Shown in pieces: positions 1 to 9,237 of a stretch of 64,000 nucleotides of DNA (positions are counted from its first letter, which is position 1; every line of letters begins with the position of its first letter). The stretch lies in contig OY762825.2 of NCBI GenBank assembly GCA_963666425.2, forward strand, positions 1,472,001-1,536,000. Reading direction: 5' to 3'. A program made the position numbers and the translations under genes. Source of the DNA: Bacillota bacterium. Lineage in GTDB: Bacteria > Bacillota > JAAYKD01. A model generated the notes under the pieces. That model saw only the letters and a list, made by a program, of their open reading frames with translations. It was not told where the DNA came from and made no database searches.

Positions 1-78
1 AACGGTGCTAGGACGACCGCTTGGCGTAATCTCTTTGTAACCCCGAGAGATTAAAAACTGCTTAAATCGTTTTTCCAT
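1..78 (-). CDS. Hypothetical protein, N-terminal 26 aa only (runs off the window start)
   Basis: ATG at 78 preceded by GGAGG; reads MEKRFKQFLISRGYKEITPSGRPSTV with no stop before the window edge. Confidence 0.55.
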   Translation of the reverse strand, partial: MEKRFKQFLISRGYKEITPSGRPSTV

Positions 79-259
79 AAGCGCCTCCATTAATTGTGTC
101 GGCCACAATAAACTTCGTGATGGTGAATGGTTTATTAAAACCGTTTGCCAGTGACAAGTATGCAGGAGATAACCGGAAAGTGGCGCAAGAGAGTGTAGCC
201 CTCTTATTCGGAGCAAAGTTCATCCTTTAGAACCTGCGCTCACCGAGTCTATAAAAAGT

Positions 260-290
260 AGACCCCGGTTCAAATACCGAGGTCTGTTTT
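260..290. terminator. Intrinsic terminator-like hairpin downstream of desulfoferrodoxin
   Basis: AGACCCCGGT...ACCGAGGTCT imperfect inverted repeat flanked by A and T tracts. Confidence 0.6.
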
Positions 291-300
291 GATCATTTAA

Positions 301-684
301 TTAAACGGTTGCTTTCCAAAGTCCATGCAGATTGCAGTAAGCATAGACAGCAAGCGCTTTATCGTTGGGGGTGAGTGCGAAAACAACTTCGGGAACATCT
401 CCGGCCTTTAAAGTCTTGCGTTGGCCGCCCTGCTCGCTCAGAAGATAGATCCATTCGATATGATGCTCTTCTGTCATAGGATGCGGCACGGAACCAACTG
501 CAACTTTCACATTAGGACCGTCTACAGTAACAACAGGGATGTGTTTTTCTTTGCTCGCTTCTACGGTGTTGGGTAGTAGTTCTGTCATTTTTTGGTTGCA
601 GCAAACCATACGCACACCAGAGTCGTGAATCAAACCTGCTATGTTACCACAGATATCACAACGGAAAAATCTACATTCTTTCAT
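301..684 (-). CDS. dfx: Desulfoferrodoxin / class I superoxide reductase
   Basis: CxxC..CC desulforedoxin domain, EKHIP, HPMTEEHHIEWI and YCNLHGLW motifs; start moved to MKECRFF (684) behind an AAGGAG RBS. Confidence 0.95.
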   Translation of the reverse strand: MKECRFFRCDICGNIAGLIHDSGVRMVCCNQKMTELLPNTVEASKEKHIPVVTVDGPNVKVAVGSVPHPMTEEHHIEWIYLLSEQGGQRKTLKAGDVPEVVFALTPNDKALAVYAYCNLHGLWKATV

Positions 685-1008
685 TCTGCCATCTCCTTGT
701 TTTGTTATTCTTCGCCCGGCAATCACCGAACTGCTGCTGCCTTATCGGACAGCATGGATTCGCTCGGTCATTGTCTGCTATTTTTTATCATAACAGTATT
801 CGTTCGCATTTTCAAGGGGTAAATGAAATATTCCTGTAGCGTGCAGGTTCAGCTGCTTTTTCAAAACCTTCGCTTGACGAAAGAACAAGGGTGAAGTATG
901 ATAAAAGCACCAGTCTGGCCATTGCTGCAACAGAGCAGATGTGTAACTCACCTCCTGTTCAGGATGACCGGCGAGCAGTAACTACAACGATTTGGAGGAG
1001 GATTTACT

Positions 1009-1578
1009 ATGCCAAAACTAGCGGTTGGCGACAAGATGCCTAATTTTACGTTTGATACCGCCTATCATTCCGATCTTACCATTGCGGATATTCTCCCAAA
1101 GCAACAAAGAACCCTATTTTGGGTGCTGCGCTATATTGGCTGTACCACCTGCCGTTACGATGTGCATCAGCTGGCCGGCAATTATCAGAAGTTCCTCGAT
1201 TTGGACAGTCAGATCTATGTTGTGATGCAAAGCGAACCGGCCAATGTCCGCGAATATCTGGCCGAGCAAGCGCTGCCTTTTGAAATCATTTGCGACAGCA
1301 AACAGGAAATTTACCAGACGCTGGTGATTCCCGCAACAGCCACCCGGGAAGAACGTCAGCCCACCGAAGCCGCCGATCTCGCCAAATTAGCGGATAAAAT
1401 GGCGAAGCTGAAAGCCGGCGGTTTTGTGCACGGCAAATACGAAGGCAATGAACAGCAGCTGCCCGCCTTGTTTGTGGTAGAACAAAACGGCACTGTTTCC
1501 TATGCTCATTACGCCAAAAACAGCATCGATATGCCCGCTGTGGAAGAAATGCTGGCTCTGCTTGGCACGCTGAAATAG
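1009..1578 (+). CDS. Peroxiredoxin-like AhpC/TSA (redoxin) family protein
   Basis: GDKMPNFT start, RYIGCTTCR CxxC motif, QLPALFVV; GGAGG RBS. Confidence 0.8.
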   Translation: MPKLAVGDKMPNFTFDTAYHSDLTIADILPKQQRTLFWVLRYIGCTTCRYDVHQLAGNYQKFLDLDSQIYVVMQSEPANVREYLAEQALPFEIICDSKQEIYQTLVIPATATREERQPTEAADLAKLADKMAKLKAGGFVHGKYEGNEQQLPALFVVEQNGTVSYAHYAKNSIDMPAVEEMLALLGTLK

Positions 1579-1685
1579 GCAAATTTTAGAGAATCTGTTC
1601 TCACCTATGCTTGCATTTGTCTTGTGGTGCGAGTAAATGATTCTTTTTATTCGTTTTCTTGCCGAATACTACAGATCGAAGCCGC

Positions 1686-1713
1686 TTGACAAAAAAGAAA
1701 ATTGGCTTATAAT
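1686..1713 (+). promoter_or_regulatory. SigA-type promoter of the T-box/metNIQ unit
   Basis: TTGACA (1686-1691), 16-bp spacer, TATAAT (1708-1713). Confidence 0.75.
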
Positions 1714-1729
1714 AGGGAACAATAATTGA

Positions 1730-2032
1730 TTGGCATTGATGAGAAGAGTAAGCCTCACACGCTTTTTACAGAGAGCCCCGTTTGGTGAAAAGGGGTAGAG
1801 CGCAACAGACTGAAGATGGTCTCGGAGCCGCACGGGCGAAGTAATTTAGGTCGTGCCGGGTTCTCCCGTTACAGAGATAGACTATCGCTGGTTTTTTAAC
1901 GGAGCATTTCCTTAAATTCCGGCCGCAGTTGAAGAGGCTTTTTGTTGTGAAGCAAAAAGCAAAGCAAGGTGGTATCACGAAAGCATACGCTCTCGTCCTT
2001 GGAGTGTTCTCCAAGAGACGAGGGCTTTTTTT
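1730..2032 (+). promoter_or_regulatory. T-box riboswitch, Met specifier
   Basis: Stem I motifs AGTA, CAGAGAG and GGTGAAA; specifier GAAG-ATG (1816-1818); T-box AAGGTGGTATCACG (1966-1979); terminator CTCGTC..TTGG/CCAA..GACGAG plus T run; upstream of a Met ABC transporter. Confidence 0.92.
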
Positions 2033-2060
2033 ATCGACATTTTGAAAGCGGTGAATTGAT

Positions 2061-2801
2061 GTGATCCAGATCGACCAACTGACCAAGACCTACAGCCGGC
2101 CGCAAAAAGAAGATCTGACTGCATTGCGACAGATTTCTTTCAGCATTGGTGACGGTGAGATTTTTGGCATCATCGGTATGAGCGGCGCCGGCAAATCCAC
2201 CTTACTGCGCTGTTTAACTTTGCTGGAAGCGCCCGATGGCGGCCGCATTTATTTCGACGGTGAAGACACCGCACAACTGCAGGGTCAGCCGCTGCTGAAG
2301 CTGCGCCGCAAAATGGGCGTCGTCTTTCAGGGCTATCATCTGCTGATGCAGAAGACGGTCCGGCAGAATATCAGCTTTCCCTTGATCTTGGCGCACAGTG
2401 CGACGGATCGAATGCGCAGCCGCACAGAAGAGTTATTGGAATTGGTCGATCTGAAAGACAAAGGCGACGCCTACCCCGCCCAGCTATCCGGCGGGCAAAA
2501 GCAGAGAGTCGCTTTGGCGAGAGCGTTGGCCAATGACCCCAGGGTCCTCTTCTGCGATGAACCCACTTCGGCGCTGGATGCTCTAAACAGCCGGGCAGCT
2601 TTGCACCTGCTGCAGGAAATCAACCAACGTCTGGGTGTCACCATCGTCATCGTGACCCACGACCTCTCGATCATTCGCGCTGTCTGCCACAAGATCGCCA
2701 TTTTGGATGACGGCGCTTTGGCGGAATGGGGCGATGCCGAGACAATCCTGCAGCACCCTGCCAGCCGGATCGGAAAGTTACTGCTCAATGCCACAACCTA
2801 G
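2061..2801 (+). CDS. metN: Methionine ABC transporter ATP-binding protein (short form, no C-terminal NIL domain)
   Basis: GIIGMSGAGKS Walker A, YPAQLSGGQKQRV, CDEPTSALD. Confidence 0.9.
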   Translation: MIQIDQLTKTYSRPQKEDLTALRQISFSIGDGEIFGIIGMSGAGKSTLLRCLTLLEAPDGGRIYFDGEDTAQLQGQPLLKLRRKMGVVFQGYHLLMQKTVRQNISFPLILAHSATDRMRSRTEELLELVDLKDKGDAYPAQLSGGQKQRVALARALANDPRVLFCDEPTSALDALNSRAALHLLQEINQRLGVTIVIVTHDLSIIRAVCHKIAILDDGALAEWGDAETILQHPASRIGKLLLNATT

Positions 2802-2851
2802 CCTTGTTGTTTTGGCGCGGCATTTAGAAATGAATCAGCAAAGGAGCCACA

Positions 2852-3517
2852 GTGATGCTTACTGTTCTTACAGCTTACCGCAACGTCTTTTGGCAGGGAA
2901 CCTGGGAAACCATCTATATGACCGCTCTGTCCACCGTCTTTGCTTATCTAATTGGGCTGCCGCTGGGGATTCTGCTTTTTATCAGCCAAAGCGAGGGGAT
3001 TTCTCCCAGCAAGCCGTTCTATTTCCTATTCGGCTGGATCGTCAATATCGGACGTTCCATTCCTTTCACTGTTTTGCTGGTTGCCGTTGTGCCGCTGACC
3101 CGTTTGATCGCCGGTAAAATCATCGGTCCGACCGCCGCTGTTGTGCCGCTGGTAGTGGCAGCCGCACCTTTTGTGGCACGCTTAACCGAAAGCGCTTTGG
3201 CGGAGGTGGATCCCGGTGTGCTGCAAGCTGCCATCTGCATGGGAGCGGATAAAAAGCAAATCATCTTCCGGGTACTGTTAACCGAAGCCGTACCCGCACT
3301 GGTCCGCAATTTTTCTCTGACTTGTATCACGCTGTTGGGTTATTCCGCCATGGCAGGCGCGGTCGGCGGCGGCGGCTTGGGCGATATTGCCGTGCGCTAT
3401 GGATTGCATCGACACGAAGCAGGGGTGATGCCCGTTACGCTGCTGCTACTGATCATCATGGTCTGCAGTATCCAGATCGGATTTGCCCGTTTTGCCAATC
3501 ACCTCGATAAAAAATAA
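2852..3517 (+). CDS. metI: Methionine ABC transporter permease
   Basis: VNIGRSIPF, PFVARL, GYSAMAGAVGGGGLG motifs. Confidence 0.92.
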   Translation: MMLTVLTAYRNVFWQGTWETIYMTALSTVFAYLIGLPLGILLFISQSEGISPSKPFYFLFGWIVNIGRSIPFTVLLVAVVPLTRLIAGKIIGPTAAVVPLVVAAAPFVARLTESALAEVDPGVLQAAICMGADKKQIIFRVLLTEAVPALVRNFSLTCITLLGYSAMAGAVGGGGLGDIAVRYGLHRHEAGVMPVTLLLLIIMVCSIQIGFARFANHLDKK

Positions 3518-3604
3518 CCATCTCACGACCGAAAATCAGGAAACACGCCATTTTTAATCTACTCGTTGTCAAATAAATAAGTAAATGAAAGAAGGATTTC
3601 AGCC

Positions 3605-4447
3605 ATGAAAAAACTAACCATAAAAATGATTCTGCTTGCCCTTGGTCTTTGCCTGCTGCTGGCCGCCCTCTCTGCTTGCTCCAAGAAAACAGAAACACCC
3701 GCGCCGGCAGCAAAAACGCCGGTTGTGCTCAAGGTTGGCGCGACGCCCGTACCGCATGCGGAGATTTTAACACAAATCAAACCGCTGCTGGCAGAAAAAA
3801 ACATCGACCTGCAAATTGTAGAGTTCACCGACTATGTGCTGCCTAATTTGGCTTTACAGGATGGGGATCTCAATGCCAATTTCTTTCAGCATGTGCCTTA
3901 TCTCGATTATTTCAATGAAAGCAATAAAACCAATTTAGTTGCCATCAAAGCAGTCCATTTTGAACCGCTCGGCATTTATCCCGGTCGGACAGCCAGTCTC
4001 AATGCTTTAAAAGAAGGAGCCACTATCGCCATACCCAATGATGCCACCAATGAAGCCCGGGCGCTGCTGCTGCTGCAGAGCTTGGATCTGATCACGCTGA
4101 AGAGCGATGTAGGTCTGAAAGCCACCCCCAATGAGATTGTCGGCAATCCACTCAAACTGAAGTTCACCGAATTGGAAGCCGTTTACCTGACCACCGCCTT
4201 GCCGGATGTTGACTTAGCGGTGATTAATGGCAACTATGCGGTGGAAGCGAAGATCACCGATACGCTGCTTGCCTGTGAGGACAAAGATTCGGAAGCCGCC
4301 GCAACCTATGCCAATGTGCTGGTTGTCAAGGCCGGCAATGAGAAGAAACCGGAGTTGCTGGCTTTAGCGGAAGCATTGACCAGCGATACCGTCAGGAGTT
4401 TTATTGAAAAGACCTACCACAACACGGTGATTGCTGTTTTTGAATAG
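3605..4447 (+). CDS. metQ: MetQ/NlpA family lipoprotein substrate-binding protein
   Basis: Lipobox LSAC; VGATPVPHAEIL, EFTDYVLPN, NFFQHVPYL, PNDATNEARAL. Confidence 0.93.
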   Translation: MKKLTIKMILLALGLCLLLAALSACSKKTETPAPAAKTPVVLKVGATPVPHAEILTQIKPLLAEKNIDLQIVEFTDYVLPNLALQDGDLNANFFQHVPYLDYFNESNKTNLVAIKAVHFEPLGIYPGRTASLNALKEGATIAIPNDATNEARALLLLQSLDLITLKSDVGLKATPNEIVGNPLKLKFTELEAVYLTTALPDVDLAVINGNYAVEAKITDTLLACEDKDSEAAATYANVLVVKAGNEKKPELLALAEALTSDTVRSFIEKTYHNTVIAVFE

Positions 4448-4448
4448 C

Positions 4449-4485
4449 AGAAAGCGCCTTCTCAAAAACCGAGAAGGCGCTTTCT
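4449..4485. terminator. Bidirectional terminator between convergent genes
   Basis: 15-bp perfect inverted repeat AGAAAGCGCCTTCTC/GAGAAGGCGCTTTCT. Confidence 0.8.
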
Positions 4486-4498
4486 GGTTCGTTTCGTT

Positions 4499-5380
4499 TT
4501 AGTTGCCTGTTGCCAGGTATTCTTCCAGACAAAGTCCGTTTGCCGAGATCACGGCGGCGGCTTCTGTACCCACATAACGATAATGCCAGGGTTCATAACC
4601 GATTTTGGTGATATCTTGTTTGTCTTCCGGATAACGCAGAATGAAACCATACGTACTGGCGTACGCAGCCAGCCAAGCATAGGCGGGATCCGATTCAAAT
4701 TCAGTGGTCAGACCGTTGCCGGCCTGCAGCCAGTCATAAGAGACGATATCCGCCGAGAGACCCAACTGATGTTCGCTGGTGCCCGGTACGGCCACCCAGC
4801 GCCCAGCCTCCGCCACCGCCGCATCGTAAGCGTAGCCCTGATTGAGGTAGGTCTGAATTTCTTGTTGGTAGAGATACTGCTGCAGATCCGCATCACGGTA
4901 AGCGGAGCAAAGACGCAAAGCAATGCCGTCCCGCAGGGCGGCAGCAATCATCTTCTGCATGGGTTCGACAGCGCGCGCATCCAGCTCGTAATAACCGTCG
5001 ACACTCTGCAGCAGCGCCGGTGCGTAATTGAGCGATAATCTGTTGGCAGAATTGACCAGAAAAAGCTGCCAGTTGCTCTCATTCGGCATTCTCTCCGTGG
5101 GATCGCTCGTCCCCGGATCTTCGACAGGGTCGGGGTCAGCGGCAGGTGTTCCGGGTTGGACAGGGTCCTCCGGTTTCGTGGGTTCTCCCGGCTTACTGGG
5201 TTCTTCCGGTTTTGTGGGTTCTGCCGATTTTTCGCCTGGGTCCGGTTGGTTCGGCTCTTCCGCTCCCGGCTGCAAAGGCGGCGGATCGGGCATAAAAAAA
5301 TCGAAGACGAAATAACCGATACAGCCAAGCACAGCAAGGCCGAAGAGTACGACCAGCAGGCGTTTTATTTTAAGGGACAT
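4499..5380 (-). CDS. M15B (VanY/LdcB-like) D-alanyl-D-alanine carboxypeptidase, membrane anchored, Pro-rich linker
   Basis: SAYR, PGTSEHQLGLSAD, YGFILRYP and YEPWHYRYVG motifs; N-terminal TM helix. Confidence 0.92.
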   Translation of the reverse strand: MSLKIKRLLVVLFGLAVLGCIGYFVFDFFMPDPPPLQPGAEEPNQPDPGEKSAEPTKPEEPSKPGEPTKPEDPVQPGTPAADPDPVEDPGTSDPTERMPNESNWQLFLVNSANRLSLNYAPALLQSVDGYYELDARAVEPMQKMIAAALRDGIALRLCSAYRDADLQQYLYQQEIQTYLNQGYAYDAAVAEAGRWVAVPGTSEHQLGLSADIVSYDWLQAGNGLTTEFESDPAYAWLAAYASTYGFILRYPEDKQDITKIGYEPWHYRYVGTEAAAVISANGLCLEEYLATGN

Positions 5381-5571
5381 TTTAAATTACCTTCTTTTTT
5401 CATAGTGATGTCATTTTAACACAATCAGCTGCTTTTGTCAGCAAATACAGCAGTATTATCCGGCCGGTTCACGCAAAATTAAAAAAGAGCAGGAATTTCG
5501 CGCGCTGAACTGGAAATCATTCAACAAACTGATACTCTCTTTGACGATTTTGTTGGAAAGAAGGTTCCCTG

Positions 5572-6675
5572 ATGCTGCTGACCGTTTGCTGGCTTATTTC
5601 CCTGCTGAGCGTTATCGTGCAATTCGTTTTGGTCAATTATGCCAAAGCCAATCCGCAGTGGACAGAATCCGTTTATAGCCGCGGCATCTATCCAAAAATC
5701 GCAGCCGGTCTGCAAGCTCTGCATCGTTTTTTTTATTTCTCTCTGGCGGAATTGCTGTTGTTGCTGCTGGTCGGGCTGGCACTTGCCTGGCTGGTTCGGA
5801 AAATCCCCGCCGTCCTCCGCCAATATCGAGCCGGCGCCACGCCGTGGAGCTTGCTGCAGCGACCGCTTTGCCTGACCGTGACGGGCATCTGCCTGCTCAC
5901 GCTGTTTTTTCAATTGAGTTGGGGTCTCAATTATTATCGGCTGCCGCTGGCGGATCAGCTCGGTCTGAACGTAGAAGCAACGGCGCCTTCCCAACTGCGC
6001 AATCTGACGCTGGAGCTGATTCAATCAGCCAATGCCTTGCGCGGTCCGCTCTTTCAATCTGCCAATGGCACCATGACCTTATCCGGCTCGCTTTCTTATT
6101 ATTTAATCAACGCCCCCAACTGGTATCAGACCGGTTATTTTGACGCCCGCTTGCCGCTTTTGGAGATCACTTCAGCCGTCAAACCGGTTGTACTGTCCGG
6201 GTTGATGTCTTTTAGCCAAATCACCGGTTTCTATTTTCCTTTTACCGGCGAAGCCAATGTCAATCTCAATGTACCGGATGAGCAGATTCTTGCCACCATG
6301 GCCCACGAACTGGCTCACCGTCACGGTTATGCCAGAGAGGATGAAGCGAATTTCATCGCTTATCTGGTAACCACTCAGTCTTTTCTCAGTCCGGAAGTAC
6401 GTTACAGCGGTACTATGCTGGCTTTATCATATTGTCTGAATGCCTGTTATGCGGTGGACCCAAGCCATTATGCAACGCTCTATGCAGAACTCAGCGGTCC
6501 GGTGGCGACGGATTTTGCCTTCAGCCGCAGTTTCTGGCAGCAGTATGAAGGACCGGTGGAACAGGTTTCTACCAGCATCAACAATGGTTATCTGCAGAGC
6601 AACGATCAGAGTGACGGGGTAGAGAGTTATGGCCGCATGGTCGATCTGCTGCTCGCCTTGGACCGCTCGAAATAA
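5572..6675 (+). CDS. DUF3810 family membrane protein (putative Zn metallopeptidase)
   Basis: WGLNYYR, GFYFPFTGEANVN, HELAH..G.AREDEANF, SYGRMVDLL. Confidence 0.85.
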   Translation: MLLTVCWLISLLSVIVQFVLVNYAKANPQWTESVYSRGIYPKIAAGLQALHRFFYFSLAELLLLLLVGLALAWLVRKIPAVLRQYRAGATPWSLLQRPLCLTVTGICLLTLFFQLSWGLNYYRLPLADQLGLNVEATAPSQLRNLTLELIQSANALRGPLFQSANGTMTLSGSLSYYLINAPNWYQTGYFDARLPLLEITSAVKPVVLSGLMSFSQITGFYFPFTGEANVNLNVPDEQILATMAHELAHRHGYAREDEANFIAYLVTTQSFLSPEVRYSGTMLALSYCLNACYAVDPSHYATLYAELSGPVATDFAFSRSFWQQYEGPVEQVSTSINNGYLQSNDQSDGVESYGRMVDLLLALDRSK

Positions 6676-6765
6676 TCTCAAGTCTTGATCAGAAGTCTGC
6701 TTGACAGGAACCAGCGGAAACCTTAGAATCAAGACAGAGCAACAACAGAGAAAGAGGCGATTTTC

Positions 6766-8376
6766 TTGTATGATTTACTAATCAAAAATGGCACCATTGT
6801 GGATGGAACCGGCAAGAAGCGTTATCGCGCTGACGTGGCGGTGCAAAACGGTAAGATTGCCCGCATTGCACCGATGATCAGCGAACCCGCCCAGCACAGT
6901 CTGGACGCAGAAGGTTTGATTGTCTCCCCCGGCTTTATTGATTATCATAGTCACAGTGACAATGCTGTCTTGTTAGCACCCGACAGCTATAATTATTTGG
7001 AGCAAGGCGTCACCACCCAGATCACCGGTCAATGCGGCAGCGGTCCGGCTCCTGTGTTTGAAGACACCGCTTATCGTGGCCAATATGGTCTTTCCGAAGA
7101 AGTTTGGCAAAAGCTCTTGGCGGCACGCCAGGATTTCCAGAGTTTTATGGCTTATGTCTCAACATTGAGTTTGGGCACCAATTATGCTTTTTATATCCCG
7201 CACGGCAACGTGCGCGGCAAGGTCATGTATTACAGCCCGGAAAAGCCAAACGCAGCACAAATGCAGGCCATGCAGGCTTTGGTCCGCCAAGCCATGGAAT
7301 GCGGTTATCTGGGCATGACCAGCGGCTTGGTTTACGCTCCCTCCGTTTATGCCGATGTGGATGAGCTGGCGGAATTGTGCAAAGTGGTGGCGGAATACCA
7401 TGGCAGTTATGCTTCCCACATTCGCGGCGAGGGAGACAAGGTGGTTTCCTCCGTGGCGGAAGCGTTGGAGGTCGGCCGTAAAGCCAATGTGCCGGTGATT
7501 GTATCTCACTTGAAAGTCTTGGGTCTGCATAACAAAGGCAAATCGTCGGTCATTTTAAAAATGATTGCCGATGCCAATGCCGCAGGCAGAATCGTGCGTG
7601 CCGATCAGTATCCCTTCCTGGCCGGCTCCGCACCTTTTATCGCGCAAATCCCGCCGAAATTCCTGACCGAAGGCAAAGAAGCTTTGCTGGAACGTTTAAA
7701 AAATCCGGAGTTCCGTCAAGTTGTGGAACACTCCATTTTCCATGAGACGGATGAATTCCAAAGTTCAATCTATGAAGCCGGCTATGACGGTTGCTTCATG
7801 GTTTCCTGCGATACCACGCCGCAGTATGTGGGCAAGAACATCGGAGAAATTGCCCGGGCGGAAGACAAACAGCCGATTGATGTTGCCTGCGACATTTTGA
7901 TTGCCAACGCCGGCGATGTCCAGGGGATTTATTTCTCACAGAACAACGACGACATGCTGAATATTATCGCCCAGCCCTTTGTGATGGGCGGTTCCGATTG
8001 GAGCGACTATATCACCCATCGTGATCCGGAACAGCTCTCCGGCGGACACCCGCGCAGCACCGGCACGATGACGCGCCGTTTGGAATTGCTGCGTGACCAT
8101 GGTCTGCTGACTCTGGAAGACGCGGTGCACAGTATTACCGGCTTGCCGGCTGAAACGTCTGGGTTAGACGGCATCGGTGTTTTGCAGGAAGGCATGCGGG
8201 CGGATATCACGGTCTTTGATTATGCCGCTGTCCGCTGCAACGCCGACTTTACCCATCCCTTCCGCAAAAACGATGGTATTTGTTACGTGCTGGTTGGCGG
8301 CGCACTGGCTGTGGAAAACGGCAGCGCGACCGGCGTCAAGAATGGTGTGATCCTGAAAAAGCATGTGACAGAATAA
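6766..8376 (+). CDS. N-acyl-D-amino-acid deacylase (D-aminoacylase family amidohydrolase)
   Basis: PGFIDYHSHSD, GQCG, SHIRGE, SHLK, GSD, HPR motifs. Confidence 0.9.
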   Translation: MYDLLIKNGTIVDGTGKKRYRADVAVQNGKIARIAPMISEPAQHSLDAEGLIVSPGFIDYHSHSDNAVLLAPDSYNYLEQGVTTQITGQCGSGPAPVFEDTAYRGQYGLSEEVWQKLLAARQDFQSFMAYVSTLSLGTNYAFYIPHGNVRGKVMYYSPEKPNAAQMQAMQALVRQAMECGYLGMTSGLVYAPSVYADVDELAELCKVVAEYHGSYASHIRGEGDKVVSSVAEALEVGRKANVPVIVSHLKVLGLHNKGKSSVILKMIADANAAGRIVRADQYPFLAGSAPFIAQIPPKFLTEGKEALLERLKNPEFRQVVEHSIFHETDEFQSSIYEAGYDGCFMVSCDTTPQYVGKNIGEIARAEDKQPIDVACDILIANAGDVQGIYFSQNNDDMLNIIAQPFVMGGSDWSDYITHRDPEQLSGGHPRSTGTMTRRLELLRDHGLLTLEDAVHSITGLPAETSGLDGIGVLQEGMRADITVFDYAAVRCNADFTHPFRKNDGICYVLVGGALAVENGSATGVKNGVILKKHVTE

Positions 8377-8400
8377 TAAAAGCACTGGAGAGATAGCATA

Positions 8401-8447
8401 AAAAAAACGTGCCTGTTCCGCCGCATGGCTGAGCAGACACGTTTTTT
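8401..8447. terminator. Bidirectional terminator
   Basis: AAAAAACGTG...CACGTTTTTT stem between convergent genes. Confidence 0.7.
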
Positions 8448-8454
8448 AAATTTA

Positions 8455-9150
8455 TTATTCCTCAGTCAAGGCAAGCCGGGCCGCGGCTTTGGCATGGATC
8501 AGGGCGGTATCGTACGTTTTCAGCGGGCTGTTGTCGTCATGAATCAGCAGACCGATTTCCGTGCAGCCTAAGATCACCGCTTCGGCGCCGCGGGATTGCA
8601 AATCCTGCAAAATTGCCTGAAAGGTATGCAAGCTGTCTTGCCGGATAATGCCGTGACCCAATTCTGCATGAATTGTATTTTGAATAAAATCCCTCTGCTG
8701 CTCCTCTGGCACGATCACCTCAAGACCGCGTTTTTGCAGGATGTCCCGATAGAAAGGCATTTCCATGGTAAATTTCGTACCGGTTAGGGCTACCGTGTGG
8801 ATGCCATCCGCTAGTAATTGATCGGCAGTGACTTCGGCGATATGCAGAAACGGCAAACCGGTAGCCTGAATCACGTCATCCGCCACCAGATGCATGGTGT
8901 TGGTAGCCATCAGGATAAAATCGGCGCCGCCGGCTTTTAGTTTGAGTCCGGCCTCCGCCAAGATGCGGCCCGCTTCCGGCCAGTTGCCGTTTTGGTGAAC
9001 TGCTTCAATCTCAGCGAAATCGACGCTGTAGAGCAGGATTTTAGCACTGTGCTCGCCGCCCAATGCTTCCTGAATATAAGCATTGATTTCACGATAATAG
9101 GTGATACTGCTCTGCCAGGTCATGCCGGCCAGAATACCGATGGTTTTCAT
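8455..9150 (-). CDS. Aspartate/glutamate racemase family protein (YgeA/RacX-like)
   Basis: MKTIGILAGM, ATNTMH (Thr at the first catalytic position) and ILGCTEI; start moved to 9150. Confidence 0.92.
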   Translation of the reverse strand: MKTIGILAGMTWQSSITYYREINAYIQEALGGEHSAKILLYSVDFAEIEAVHQNGNWPEAGRILAEAGLKLKAGGADFILMATNTMHLVADDVIQATGLPFLHIAEVTADQLLADGIHTVALTGTKFTMEMPFYRDILQKRGLEVIVPEEQQRDFIQNTIHAELGHGIIRQDSLHTFQAILQDLQSRGAEAVILGCTEIGLLIHDDNSPLKTYDTALIHAKAAARLALTEE

Positions 9151-9237
9151 TTTACTTCGCGCTCCCTTGTTTTTTTCTCCCAGCTTCTTCATTGCGGCCG
9201 GTCTTTTCGAGGTAAAACCTGACCTTCCGCAATTTTT

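Noticed and set aside
901-1000. Riboswitch in the peroxiredoxin leader
   Set aside because: No recognisable aptamer consensus or terminator
5080-5290. Short tandem repeats encoding EPTKP/EPSKP
   Set aside because: Ordinary Pro-rich linker of a membrane-anchored wall enzyme
4499-5380. Vancomycin resistance (vanY) locus
   Set aside because: No vanA/B/H/X/R/S nearby; consistent with a housekeeping M15B peptidase
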